Below are positions 18,650 to 28,055 of a DNA stretch of 43,859 bases, piece after piece (within the stretch, counting starts at the first letter, position 1; every line of letters begins with the position of its first letter). Source of the stretch: a bacterium (lineage in GTDB: Bacteria > Pseudomonadota > Alphaproteobacteria > Rhizobiales > Xanthobacteraceae); assembly GCA_029946075.1 (NCBI GenBank), contig JAQSDT010000399.1, forward strand, positions 1 to 43,859, given 5' to 3'. A program made the translations under genes and the position numbers. The notes below the pieces were generated by a model. That model searched no databases. It was not told where the DNA came from and saw only the letters and a list, made by a program, of their open reading frames with translations.

Positions 18650-18926
18650 GCGCCTATTCCTTAAATTCTGAAAGCTCGAATCTGCTGTCCTGATATGGCT
18701 TCGTTGTCGCAGAGGCGAAACGCGTTCACCAGCGTAAGCCTTCTAATTCCAGCGATTTTCGCCCCAAGCGTAGCAAAAAAGCCTCACATTCCGTTAAATG
18801 GTCGTGCCCGGATGGGGTGGAGACCGGCGGCTTCTGGCGCCGCGTCATCCCATCAATTCCGGCCGCGGCCTTCCTGTGCGGCCTTGCGGCACTACATAGG
18901 CGGCAAGCCCTTCAGTGGAGATATCA

Positions 18927-19475
18927 ATGACATCCAAGGCCAACATTAAGTGTGACAGGAAGTGGGGCTATCTGGCTTTGGCGGTGCTGGCGCTTGCGTT
19001 GTGGCAGGCCGGTCCGGCCTCGGCCGCCGACGAGCCCGACCTGATCTTCCGACGCTCCACGGTATTCAAGTGGCTCAGCCCGAACGACAAGCTCGCGACC
19101 TATGCCGTCGACGACCCCGAGGTCGAGGGCGTGGCCTGTCACTTCACGGTTCCGGAAAAGGGTGGCTTCAAGGGCTGGCTGGGGCTAGCCGAGGAGGTCT
19201 CGGACATTTCGCTGGCCTGTCGCCAGATCGGCCCGATCAAGTTCAAGCACAAGACCGACCAGGGCGAGGACATGTTCCGCCAGCGCCGGTCGCTGTTCTT
19301 CAAGAAGATGCAGATCGTCCGCGGCTGCGATGCCAAGCGCAACGTGCTGGTCTACATGGTCTATTCGGACAGGCTGATCGAGGGTTCGCCCAAAAACTCG
19401 ACTTCCTCGGTACCGATCATGCCCTGGGGGGCTGCCGATGCCGCGGTTCAGAAATGCGGGGAATTCATCCAGTAG
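18927..19475 (+). CDS. creA: CreA family periplasmic protein
   Basis: STVFKWL, DDPEVEGVAC, SLACRQIGPI, SLFFKKMQIVR and YSDRLIEGSPKNSTS motifs; GGAG RBS. Confidence 0.92.
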   Translation: MTSKANIKCDRKWGYLALAVLALALWQAGPASAADEPDLIFRRSTVFKWLSPNDKLATYAVDDPEVEGVACHFTVPEKGGFKGWLGLAEEVSDISLACRQIGPIKFKHKTDQGEDMFRQRRSLFFKKMQIVRGCDAKRNVLVYMVYSDRLIEGSPKNSTSSVPIMPWGAADAAVQKCGEFIQ

Positions 19476-19511
19476 AGTAGATCGATTCTCTACCGGGTGA
19501 ATGTCCCGGAC

Positions 19512-19808
19512 TTACCGCTTGAGCGGATTGGAATATTGGCGGGCCTCCAGGCCAGGCCGCAGCTTCGGCTCGCGGCATCCGACCAGACGCACGAATTTCT
19601 GCGGTGCCGATACATTGCCCAGGAATTCGCTGCCTTGCTGAGACATCGCGCCGCAAATCCCGGAGGGACCTGCCACAGGCACCGTCGTTACGGAAGGTTC
19701 GATCCGCAGTTCGGAAGAGCCGTTACTCCCTGACAAACATTCAACCGTCGGCCGGCCGGGGTTGCGGGTCGGGGTTTCATTGCCAACATCGATGTTGCCA
19801 TTGCCCAC
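19512..19808 (-). CDS. Orphan hypothetical protein (98 aa), uncertain
   Basis: AAGGA RBS then GTG; open frame VGNGNIDVGNETP...SNPLKR*; no recognisable family. Confidence 0.25.
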   Translation of the reverse strand: MGNGNIDVGNETPTRNPGRPTVECLSGSNGSSELRIEPSVTTVPVAGPSGICGAMSQQGSEFLGNVSAPQKFVRLVGCREPKLRPGLEARQYSNPLKR

Positions 19809-20181
19809 GACTGCTATCCTTTGTTGAGGAGGGGATACAACGCGCACGCATGCGGAAAGTTGCACCTTGGTGAGTCGGTCCGTCCGAGGCTTTGGTTCAC
19901 CCCGATGCCAACTTGCGAGCGGCTTCTTAGGCCGGAAGTTCTTAAGAACTCGCCTTGCGTTGCAATATAACATCCGCGGATGACGATGTCATAACGCGGC
20001 GATTTGCTGAATTCATTGAGCTTTTTTCGCCCATGTTTCGTTCTGGCCCGGCCGACGAAACAATTCTGCCGGGCACGAAACCATTTTCCGCTTCTGGCGC
20101 AGATATCCGGAAACAGCGCACGGTTATCAGATTGCCAACGAAACGGCGGGGACGCCGGCAGCGAACACCGGAGACAGTCAG

Positions 20182-20337
20182 ATGCGGACGATCAGCTTCA
20201 TCCTCGCCTTCGCCTTCATCCTCGCCGGCCCCTCGATGGCGGGTTCTTCGGACCGCGACTTTCCCGGCATCGGAACCTTCGCCTACAATGGCTCGCCGGT
20301 GACGGCGCAGGCCCCGATCGTGATGGCCGCCCGGTAA
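20182..20337 (+). CDS. Small secreted protein (51 aa), not in the ORF track
   Basis: GGAGA RBS; MRTISFILAFAFILAGPSMA-GSSDRDFPGIGTFAYNGSPVTAQAPIVMAAR*; GC3-rich codons. Confidence 0.75.
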   Translation: MRTISFILAFAFILAGPSMAGSSDRDFPGIGTFAYNGSPVTAQAPIVMAAR

Positions 20338-20376
20338 GTTCAGCGAACGCTTCAATAGCGCCGGTAAGGGCCCCGT

Positions 20377-20781
20377 ATGTTTGTACGTTTTTGTTCCGCA
20401 GCCATCCTCGCTTCCAGCCTTGTCGCCGGTTCGGCGCAGGCCCAGATGCCCGGGCAATTCCAGACCCAGCAGACGTCGTTCCGCTCCCTGTTCAAGATGC
20501 CCGATCCGCGCGGCGAGTTCGTGCGGCTGTGCGCGCCGCACATGGTCGGGCGATGGGCGCACCCCGAGAGCGTCTGCAGCTGCCTGCACGACTATGCCGC
20601 CGCCACCGTGGAAGATGCCGATCTGCGCGAAGCCTTGCTGCGCGGTATCAGCGAGACCGGCGTGCCGACCATCGAAACCGCCTGGGTGCCGCCGTCAAAG
20701 CAATCCGAGATCGGCCCGACCTTCACCAAGATCGCCAAGCCGACGCTGCAATGCATGTTCGAGCCGGCGACCAGCAACTAG
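20377..20781 (+). CDS. Hypothetical secreted Cys-containing protein
   Basis: Signal peptide ending AQA-Q; C...CSC...C pattern; typical codon bias. Confidence 0.8.
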   Translation: MFVRFCSAAILASSLVAGSAQAQMPGQFQTQQTSFRSLFKMPDPRGEFVRLCAPHMVGRWAHPESVCSCLHDYAAATVEDADLREALLRGISETGVPTIETAWVPPSKQSEIGPTFTKIAKPTLQCMFEPATSN

Positions 20782-20881
20782 CCGCGCTGCGCCATATCTC
20801 CCGCCAGCTCACGGCTTCTCGACACGACACTGGCCGCCATTGTAAGGCTGGGGCAGATCAGTGATCCGCGCGAGGCTGTCG

Positions 20882-22105
20882 ATGCGGCAGGGAAAAATCC
20901 TGCTTTCATGTGCGGTACTGCTGACGCTGGCGTCTCCGGCCGGCGCTGCGCCCGACGAGGATTTGCTGGGCAAGGCCTCCGGCTATCCGGTCGGTTCGCT
21001 GTCCAACTGGTTTTACGACGAGAGCGTCCGGGTCGGCTCGTTCAGCAACGTCGACCAGATTTTGCCCCACTACACGCTGGCGAAATCGGCGACGCCGCTG
21101 CCGCTGCCGTCGGCGCCTGATAGCGGGATCGAATACCGTTTCGCCGACCGGAGCCATACGCTCGACGATTTCCTGGCGCATCAGCGCGTCACCGGCTTCC
21201 TTCTGATCAAGGACGGCAAGGTGCTGGCCGAGCGCTACCAGTACGACCGCAATGCCGGGCATCGCTTCATCTCTCACTCGATGGCGAAATCGATCGTCAG
21301 CCTCGCGGTCGGAATGGCGCTGGGCGAGAAGAAAATCGCTTCGATCGACGACACCATCGCCAAATACGTGCCCGCGCTCGCGGGTAATCCCTACGGCGAG
21401 ACCACGATCCGCAACATGCTGCGGATGGCGTCCGGCGTGCCGTTCACGGAGGTCTACGACGGCAAGGACGATTTCACGAAGTTCAACCGGATTCGTTTCT
21501 CGCAGGATTCCGTCGCCGCGCTACGCGCCTTTACGACACGTGAGGTCGAGCAGGGCACGGTGTTCCACTACGCCTCCAACCAGACAGTGGCGCTGACGGT
21601 GCTGATGCACGCGGTCACCGGCACGACCATGAGCGACTATCTGACGACACGGCTGTGGCAGCCGATGGGGGCGGAAGCCGACGCCACCTGGACGATGATG
21701 AAGGACGGTACCGAAGCCGGCGCAGGAAACTTCAACGCCGTGCTGCGCGACTATGGCCGGCTCGGAATCCTGCTGGCCAATGACGGCGCCATCGGTGACA
21801 AGCAGATCCTGCCGAAGGAATACCTGCTCGATGCCACCGACTGGCACCGGCAGCCGGACGGGTTCAGGCCCGGTTCGGCCACGCGCTATTTCGGTTATGG
21901 CTATCAGTTCTGGCTGTATCCGGGCGAAAAGCGGCGGTTCGCGCTGCTCGGCGTCTACGGCCAGTCGATCTTCGTCGATCCCGGACTCAAGCTCGTCATG
22001 GTGATCACAGCGGCGGCGAAGAACGCCAATGTCGGCAACGAGCCGTTCGCGCGCGAGCGGGACGCGCTGTGGCGCGGGGTCGTTGCCAAATACGGAAGCT
22101 GGTAG
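20882..22105 (+). CDS. Serine hydrolase (beta-lactamase/NylB-like)
   Basis: SMAKS (SxxK), FHYAS, RDYGRLG, YGYQFW and GVYGQ motifs; signal peptide. Alternative GTG start at 20861. Confidence 0.92.
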   Translation: MRQGKILLSCAVLLTLASPAGAAPDEDLLGKASGYPVGSLSNWFYDESVRVGSFSNVDQILPHYTLAKSATPLPLPSAPDSGIEYRFADRSHTLDDFLAHQRVTGFLLIKDGKVLAERYQYDRNAGHRFISHSMAKSIVSLAVGMALGEKKIASIDDTIAKYVPALAGNPYGETTIRNMLRMASGVPFTEVYDGKDDFTKFNRIRFSQDSVAALRAFTTREVEQGTVFHYASNQTVALTVLMHAVTGTTMSDYLTTRLWQPMGAEADATWTMMKDGTEAGAGNFNAVLRDYGRLGILLANDGAIGDKQILPKEYLLDATDWHRQPDGFRPGSATRYFGYGYQFWLYPGEKRRFALLGVYGQSIFVDPGLKLVMVITAAAKNANVGNEPFARERDALWRGVVAKYGSW

Positions 22106-22134
22106 CGTCCAGCGACAAATCGGAGGGAGCTATC

Positions 22135-22584
22135 ATGCGATCGATCTTGATCGGCCTTGCCTGCGCATTCGCGCTGGCTGCATCGCCCGCCCTGGCTGCC
22201 GATACGGCCAAAGAGGAAGCCAACAAGAAGGCCGTCCTCGAATTCTATGAGGCGGGGCTGAACAGGAAGGATTTCGACGCTGCCGTGAAGTATTTCGGGC
22301 CGCACTACATCCAGCACAATCCGACCGCGCCGGACGGGATCGAAGGCTTCAAGGATTTCCTCGGCTTCCTGCGCGAAAAATTCCCGGACTCCCGCAGTGA
22401 GATCAAGCGCGCCCTTGCCGACGGCGACTACGTGATTCTGCACGTCCACAGCGTGCGCGAGAAGGGCACGCGCGGCCGCGCCATCGTCGACATCTTCAGG
22501 TTGGAGAACGGCAAGATCGTGGAGCACTGGGACGTCGCGCAGGACATTCCCGAGAAGGCCGCCAACAACAACGGGATGTTCTAG
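22135..22584 (+). CDS. SnoaL/NTF2-like periplasmic protein
   Basis: NKKAV, YIQHNP, DGD.V and DIFRLENGKIVEHWD motifs; GGAGGGAG RBS; signal peptide. Confidence 0.92.
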   Translation: MRSILIGLACAFALAASPALAADTAKEEANKKAVLEFYEAGLNRKDFDAAVKYFGPHYIQHNPTAPDGIEGFKDFLGFLREKFPDSRSEIKRALADGDYVILHVHSVREKGTRGRAIVDIFRLENGKIVEHWDVAQDIPEKAANNNGMF

Positions 22585-22602
22585 CGACCTGTCTTCGCTG
22601 AG

Positions 22603-22863
22603 CTACCGCTTCTTGGCGCCGAGCCGCGGAATGCATTTGCGGGTGCGCAGCACGCCGCTCGATGTCATCTGCGAACCCGAGACTTCCTTGATCTGTCCAG
22701 CCGGACAGGATCCGTCGTCGACCAGCACGCGCTGACCGAGCCTGAGTTCCACGATGTCCTGTTCGCGCGAGAGCTGCTGCGCAGCGGCGGGCGAGGCGAG
22801 GAGCCAGACTATGACGACCGGCGCGCCGACGGTGAGAAAACGAAAGTGGCGATTGCCGGGCAT
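22603..22863 (-). CDS. Small secreted protein (DUF6719-like)
   Basis: Signal peptide; LRLGQRVLVDDGSCPAGQIKEV...RKCIPR. Confidence 0.75.
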   Translation of the reverse strand: MPGNRHFRFLTVGAPVVIVWLLASPAAAQQLSREQDIVELRLGQRVLVDDGSCPAGQIKEVSGSQMTSSGVLRTRKCIPRLGAKKR

Positions 22864-22944
22864 GCTGGTTCCACCATGGGGATCGATAACCCGGAGCTTA
22901 GCGATGCGGTGGCGATTCTGATAGAGCTGCGCCTTCGCGCAACC

Positions 22945-24429
22945 TCATCTCGAAGACTTCAGGCGTCGTCCGGTTCCATTGCTCGCGTGCAAGGCGCTGA
23001 GTGAAGCCCGGGCCAGCCGCTCCGCGGATGCGATCAGTTGCGGCATCGGATGGCCGGCAAACCCGAGCACGAAGCCGGGCATCGGCCGCGCGCGTTGATA
23101 GGTGTCCGCAAGCAGCCAGCCCTCGACGCCGGCCTCGGTCTTTGCCGTTGCCGCGATACGCGGATCGGTCGATGGGTCGAACCGCGCAACCAGATGCAGG
23201 CCCTGCGATGGCACCGGCACCGATAGCCGTCCCTGCGAAACCTTCGATAACGTCGAAGCCAGCGTGTCGCGCGCTTCGCGATAGATCCCGCGCACCCTGC
23301 GCAGATTGGCCGCGAACGCGCCGGAATTGAGCATGTCGGCGACGGCGCCTTCGAGCAGCGTGCCGGGAAAGCGGTCGAACGCGGCGCGCGCGGTCGTGAC
23401 CGGTCCGACCAGCCGTTCGGGTAGCGCGCAGTAGCCGATGCGCAATCCCGGAAACAGCGTCTTGGCGAACGTGCCCATGTAGATCACGCGGCGGAGGTGA
23501 TCGATGCCGGCGAGCGACAGCAAGGGCGCGCCGTCATAGCGGAACTCGCTGTCGTAATCGTCCTCGATCACGAAGGCGTCGGCGTCCTTGGCCCAGTCGA
23601 GCAACTCCAGCCGCCGCGTCATCGACATCTGTACGCCGAGCGGAAACTGGTGCGACGGCGTCACATAGGCCGCGCCCGCCGACGGCGCGAGCATACGCCC
23701 CTTGCTGACGATCAGACCGGACGCATCGACCGGCACGGGGACGGGACGCTGGCCGCAATGCTCGATCGCCTTGCGCGCGGCGGGATAGCCGGGGTCTTCG
23801 CACCAGATCCGGTCGCCGGGCTTGAGGATCGCGCTGAGCACGATCCGCAGCGCGTGCTGCGTTCCCGTCGCCAGCAGGATCTGGTCCGGATCGCAGCGCA
23901 GCCCGCGCGCAGACAAAAGATGATCGGCAATCGCCGCGCGGAGTTCGCGGCTGCCGCGCGGGTCGCCATAGGCAAGATGCTCGGTGCCGAAAGCGCGCAT
24001 CCGCCGCCCGGCGAACGAGCGGAAGCGCTGTAGCGCGCGCTCGTCGATATGCGTGCAGCCCAGCGCCAGCGTGCCACGCTGCGGCGGCTCGACCGCAATG
24101 CTGGTCTTGCGCGCGTCATTGACCCGGTCGGGAATGCGCGCGGCGACGAAGGTGCCGGAACCGACGGTGGCCACCGCAAAACCGTCCGCGATAAGCCGCT
24201 CATAGGCCGAGGTCACGGCGTTGCGGCGAAAACCTGTCTGCTGCGCCATGGTGCGGGAAGGTGGCAGCGGCTCGCCGGGCTTGGCTATGCCGCCGACGAT
24301 CGCATGGCACAGCGCCTGGTAGAGCCGGTGCTGCGAGGAGGCGCCTTGCGTGATGTGAGGCCCGTCGAGATCGAGCGGAAGCTCGGCCTTGCGCGGCGTA
24401 CCCTTCGAATTGGTCGGAATTTTTCGCAT
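22945..24429 (-). CDS. MocR/GabR family PLP-dependent transcriptional regulator
   Basis: GntR wHTH (LPPSR..RNAVTSAYERLIADG..GSGTFV) plus aminotransferase domain (EDPGY, TPSHQFPLG, EDDYDSEF, GTFAKTLFPGLRIG). Confidence 0.95.
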   Translation of the reverse strand: MRKIPTNSKGTPRKAELPLDLDGPHITQGASSQHRLYQALCHAIVGGIAKPGEPLPPSRTMAQQTGFRRNAVTSAYERLIADGFAVATVGSGTFVAARIPDRVNDARKTSIAVEPPQRGTLALGCTHIDERALQRFRSFAGRRMRAFGTEHLAYGDPRGSRELRAAIADHLLSARGLRCDPDQILLATGTQHALRIVLSAILKPGDRIWCEDPGYPAARKAIEHCGQRPVPVPVDASGLIVSKGRMLAPSAGAAYVTPSHQFPLGVQMSMTRRLELLDWAKDADAFVIEDDYDSEFRYDGAPLLSLAGIDHLRRVIYMGTFAKTLFPGLRIGYCALPERLVGPVTTARAAFDRFPGTLLEGAVADMLNSGAFAANLRRVRGIYREARDTLASTLSKVSQGRLSVPVPSQGLHLVARFDPSTDPRIAATAKTEAGVEGWLLADTYQRARPMPGFVLGFAGHPMPQLIASAERLARASLSALHASNGTGRRLKSSR

Positions 24430-24456
24430 GGAATTGGCACTATCGCAGACCAAATT
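24407..24456. promoter_or_regulatory. Putative MocR operator: two direct repeats plus one inverted repeat
   Basis: GAATTGG at 24407 and 24431; inverted GACCAAATT at 24448-24456. Confidence 0.5.
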
Positions 24457-24501
24457 GACCGCTACAACTGACGCGACGAAGCAATATCGCCAGGAGTTGC
24501 C

Positions 24502-25230
24502 GTGACCATCGAGGCCGATACCGCCACTTCCTATCCCATGACGCAGCGCAACCGCGTCAAACGCCTGCACGAGCGTGGTTCCTACGACCGGGCAAAGATC
24601 CATGGCCTGCTCGACGCCTCAATGCTCTGCCACGTGTCCTACGTGGTCGATGGTCAGCCCTATTGCACGCCGACCTTCTTCTGGCGGGAACGAGATACGC
24701 TGTACTGGCACGGTAGCAGCGCCAGCCGCATGCTGCGAAACCAGTCGGACGGCCAGCGGGCCTGCCTGACCGTCGCGCATCTCGACAGCCTGGTGCTTGC
24801 CCGCTGCGGCTTCAATCATTCGGCGGATTACCGCGCCGTGATGGCGTTCGGCACCGCCTATCTCGTCACTGATCCCGCCGAAAAGGAGCGGGCGCTGGTT
24901 GCCATGGTGGACCGGTTCTTTCCCGATCGTACCGCAGGCCTGCGGCAGAGCACCACGCTGGAGATCAAGGCGACTTCTGTCATCGCAATGGAGATCGAGG
25001 AGGCCTCCGCCAAAGTTCGCGCGAAAGGCGTCGGCGACGACGAAGAGGACTATGCGCTGCCGATCTATGCCGAGCGGATTCCGGTCCGCATGGTGCTCGG
25101 CGCGCCGGAGCCCTGTCCACGGCTTCTCGACGGCGTCAAACGGCCGGAGACATTGAATGGCTATTCGGAAGGCCGTTTGCTCGAAGATGCATTGCGGGAT
25201 GCACATTTTGTGCATTACGCCGGCGGCTGA
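24502..25230 (+). CDS. Pyridoxamine 5'-phosphate oxidase-like flavin-binding protein
   Basis: RGSYD, PYCTPT, LYWHGS, LVLARCGFNHSADYRAV and SAKVR motifs; divergent from the MocR gene. Confidence 0.92.
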   Translation: MTIEADTATSYPMTQRNRVKRLHERGSYDRAKIHGLLDASMLCHVSYVVDGQPYCTPTFFWRERDTLYWHGSSASRMLRNQSDGQRACLTVAHLDSLVLARCGFNHSADYRAVMAFGTAYLVTDPAEKERALVAMVDRFFPDRTAGLRQSTTLEIKATSVIAMEIEEASAKVRAKGVGDDEEDYALPIYAERIPVRMVLGAPEPCPRLLDGVKRPETLNGYSEGRLLEDALRDAHFVHYAGG

Positions 25231-25286
25231 TGTCAGGTTAGGGTGCGCGCTCCCGACCAACAAAAATTCCGGAATGGAGCAGCCGC

Positions 25287-26564
25287 ATGAACGCCGATAC
25301 GCAACAAAGAATCCTCGACGCCGTCGATGCGGGCTTCGACGCCCAGTTGGCGACGACCAGCGATTTCGTTGCGATTCCCTCGACCCGCGGCGCCGAAGGC
25401 CCGTGCCAGGACATGATCGGCGACCTCCTGCGCCGGCGCGGCTATGAAGTCGACGACTGGCACATCGATGTCTCCGATCTGAAGGATTTGCGCGGCTTCG
25501 GCCCGATCGAGCATGATTTTTCCAAAGCGCGCACGGTGGTCGGTACCTACCGGCCGGCGAACAATGCCGGCAAGTCGCTGATCCTGCAGGGCCACTGCGA
25601 CGTGGTGCCGACCGGTCCGCTCGACATGTGGGAGACGCCTCCGTTCTCGCCTGTCGTCAAGAACGGCAGGATGTACGGCCGCGGCGCCTGCGACATGAAA
25701 TCGGGTACGATCGGTGCGCTCTATGCGCTCGACGCGATCAAGGCGGCGGGCCTGCGTCCCACCGCGCGCATTCATTTTCAGTCCGTGATCGAGGAAGAGT
25801 CCACCGGCGTCGGCGCGCTCTCGACCCTGCAGCGCGGCTACCGGGCGGATGCCTGCTTCATTCCCGAGCCGACCGGCGAGATGATGGTGCGCTCGCAGGT
25901 CGGCGTGATCTGGTTTCGGCTGAAGGTACGCGGTTTCCCCGTGCACGTGTTCGAGGCCGGCAGCGGCGCCAATGCGATCATGGCAGCCTATCATCTCATC
26001 CATGCGCTGCAGAAGCTGGAGGCCGACTGGAACGAGCGCGCCAAAACCGATCGCCACTTCAAGACGGCGGATCATCCGCTCAACTTCAACCCCGGCATCA
26101 TCAAGGGCGGCGACTGGGCTTCCAGCGTGCCGGCCTGGTGCGATGTCGATTGCCGGATCGCGATCCTGCCGGGCTGGTCGATCGCCGAATGCCAGAAGGA
26201 GATCATGGCCTGCGTGTCGGCCGCGGCTCGCGACCATCGCTTTCTGTCGAACAACCCGCCGCAAGTCGAATGGTCGGGCTTCCTGTCGGAAGGCTATGAG
26301 CTGACGAATTCCGCCGAACCGGAAGCCGCCTTCGCCAAGGCGTTCAGCGCGATCTACGGCGGCGTGGTGCCGGACCGCGCCTTCACCGCGCTCACGGATA
26401 CACGGTTCTACGGCCTGAACTACGACATCCCGAGCCTGTGCTTCGGCGCGACGGGAGCGGCGATGCATGGCTTCAACGAATATGTCGAACTGGACTCGCT
26501 GCGGAAGTCGACAAAGGCGACCTCGTTGTTCATCGCGGAGTGGTGCGGGGTGGAGAAGGCGTAG
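25287..26564 (+). CDS. M20 ArgE/DapE family deacylase
   Basis: GHCDVV, GRGACDMK, EEE, EPT and C-terminal H-G-F-N-E motifs. Confidence 0.94.
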   Translation: MNADTQQRILDAVDAGFDAQLATTSDFVAIPSTRGAEGPCQDMIGDLLRRRGYEVDDWHIDVSDLKDLRGFGPIEHDFSKARTVVGTYRPANNAGKSLILQGHCDVVPTGPLDMWETPPFSPVVKNGRMYGRGACDMKSGTIGALYALDAIKAAGLRPTARIHFQSVIEEESTGVGALSTLQRGYRADACFIPEPTGEMMVRSQVGVIWFRLKVRGFPVHVFEAGSGANAIMAAYHLIHALQKLEADWNERAKTDRHFKTADHPLNFNPGIIKGGDWASSVPAWCDVDCRIAILPGWSIAECQKEIMACVSAAARDHRFLSNNPPQVEWSGFLSEGYELTNSAEPEAAFAKAFSAIYGGVVPDRAFTALTDTRFYGLNYDIPSLCFGATGAAMHGFNEYVELDSLRKSTKATSLFIAEWCGVEKA

Positions 26565-26576
26565 GCGAACACTGTC

Positions 26577-26660
26577 TCCGTGTCATTGCGAGCGTAGCGA
26601 AGCAATCCATCTCTCGTCGTGCTGAGGCATGGATTGCTTCGCTGCGCTCGCAATGACGGA
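26577..26660. repeat. REP/RPE-like palindromic element between convergent genes
   Basis: GTCATTGCGAGCGTAGCGAAGCAATCCAT...ATGGATTGCTTCGCTGCGCTCGCAATGAC; near-perfect ~29-bp stem. Confidence 0.88.
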
Positions 26661-26669
26661 TGTTGGAGT

Positions 26670-27455
26670 TCAAGCCGGCCCCCATAACGCCTTGACGATC
26701 GCATCCAGCCCGTCCGTCAACGCTGCCGGTCCCGGCTGCAGGATCAGCGGCGATTTGATCTCGACGATGCGATTGTTGCGCACGGCCGGAATGTCGCTCC
26801 AGCCCGGCCGCTGCCGGATGCGATCGGGCACGACCTTCTTGCCGCACCAGGACGCCAGGATTACGTCGGGTGCGGCATCACGCACGAGGTCCGGCGAAAT
26901 GATCCGGTCCTTCGCCGCCTGCTGAAAGCGAAGCTTCGGCAGTACGTCTTCGCCGCCGGCGATCTCGATCAATTCCGAGACCCAGCCGATGCCAGAGATC
27001 AGCGGATCGTCCCACTCCTCGAAATAAACCTTTGGCTTGGGCGAGGGCCGGGGCGTCGCCGCGATCTGAGTGAGGCGCGCTTCGAAGCTGGCAGCAAGCT
27101 GGTCGGCGCGGTCGGCTGCGCCGACGAGGGCGCCGAGCGTGCGGATCATCGCGAGGACGCCGGCGACGTCGCGCTGGTTGAAAACGTGAATGGCAACGCC
27201 CGCGCGCACCAAATCGGCGACGATATCCGCCTGCAGGTCGGAAAACGCCAGCACGAGATCGGGCTCGAGCGCCAGGATCTTCGGAATATCGGCCGAGATG
27301 AAAGCGGACACCCGCGGCTTCTCGCGCCGGACCCGTGGGGGCCGCACCGCATAGCCGGAGACGCCGACGACGCGGTCCTGCTCGCCGAGCAAATACAGCG
27401 TCTCGACGGTCTCTTCGGTCAGGCAGACGATCCGGCGGGGCGGGAACTGGCGCAT
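26670..27455 (-). CDS. BtuF-like (TroA superfamily) cobalamin-binding protein without a signal peptide
   Basis: PRRIVCLTEETVETL, ILALEPDLVL, EEWDDP and LQPGP motifs. Confidence 0.88.
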   Translation of the reverse strand: MRQFPPRRIVCLTEETVETLYLLGEQDRVVGVSGYAVRPPRVRREKPRVSAFISADIPKILALEPDLVLAFSDLQADIVADLVRAGVAIHVFNQRDVAGVLAMIRTLGALVGAADRADQLAASFEARLTQIAATPRPSPKPKVYFEEWDDPLISGIGWVSELIEIAGGEDVLPKLRFQQAAKDRIISPDLVRDAAPDVILASWCGKKVVPDRIRQRPGWSDIPAVRNNRIVEIKSPLILQPGPAALTDGLDAIVKALWGPA

Positions 27456-27578
27456 GCCGACGATATGCCGAATTTACCGCCGCGTGTCACGGCAGCCATT
27501 ACCTCGGAGGTCATTGCCTGATTTACCCGGGCCATCCATTCTGCCGTCCAAATCGCTTGAAGAAAAGCCGGAGGAAGC

Positions 27579-27977
27579 ATGACGCCGCTCGAGAAAATCC
27601 AGTCGATGAAGATGCCGTTTGCCGAATTGAAGGGCGTGATCTTCACGGAGGCTGGCCTCGATCGCGTGGTGGCGAAGATGGTGGTGCGTGCCGACCTCTG
27701 CACGCTGCGCAACACGATTCATGGCGGCGCCGTGATGGCGTTCGCGGACTCGGTCGGCGCTGCGGCCACCGTCATCAACCTGCCGCCGGACGCCAAGGGC
27801 ACCACGACGCTCGAGAGCAAGACCAACTTCATCGGCGGCGCGAAAGAGGGATCCACCGTCACGGCCATTGCGACGCCGGTGCATCGGGGCCGTCGCACCC
27901 AGGTCTGGCAAACCCGGCTCGAAACCGACGACGGCAAGCTGGTCGCGGTCGTCACCCAGACCCAATTGGTGCTCTGA
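27579..27977 (+). CDS. PaaI family thioesterase
   Basis: HGGAVMAFAD, TTLESKTNF and HRGRRTQVW motifs; GGAGG RBS. Confidence 0.93.
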   Translation: MTPLEKIQSMKMPFAELKGVIFTEAGLDRVVAKMVVRADLCTLRNTIHGGAVMAFADSVGAAATVINLPPDAKGTTTLESKTNFIGGAKEGSTVTAIATPVHRGRRTQVWQTRLETDDGKLVAVVTQTQLVL

Positions 27978-27991
27978 TACAGGCATCAATC

Positions 27992-28007
27992 GTTAATGGC
28001 AGGTTAA
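27992..28007. promoter_or_regulatory. Consensus CtrA box
   Basis: GTTAA-TGGCAGG-TTAA, which reads TTAA-N7-TTAAC on the minus strand. Confidence 0.6.
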
Positions 28008-28055
28008 TGCAGAATTGCCGTTTTATGATGCATTCCAAGGGGTTGAATTTGATGT

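Noticed and set aside
19497-19733. 78-aa plus-strand ORF downstream of creA
   Set aside because: No clear RBS, atypical composition, and it competes with a slightly better minus-strand ORF.
20882-22105. Serine hydrolase, and the MBL-fold gene at 40230, as antibiotic-resistance beta-lactamases
   Set aside because: Motifs fit NylB/esterase-like and lactonase-like groups; no class A/C KTG triad and no signal peptide on the MBL protein.
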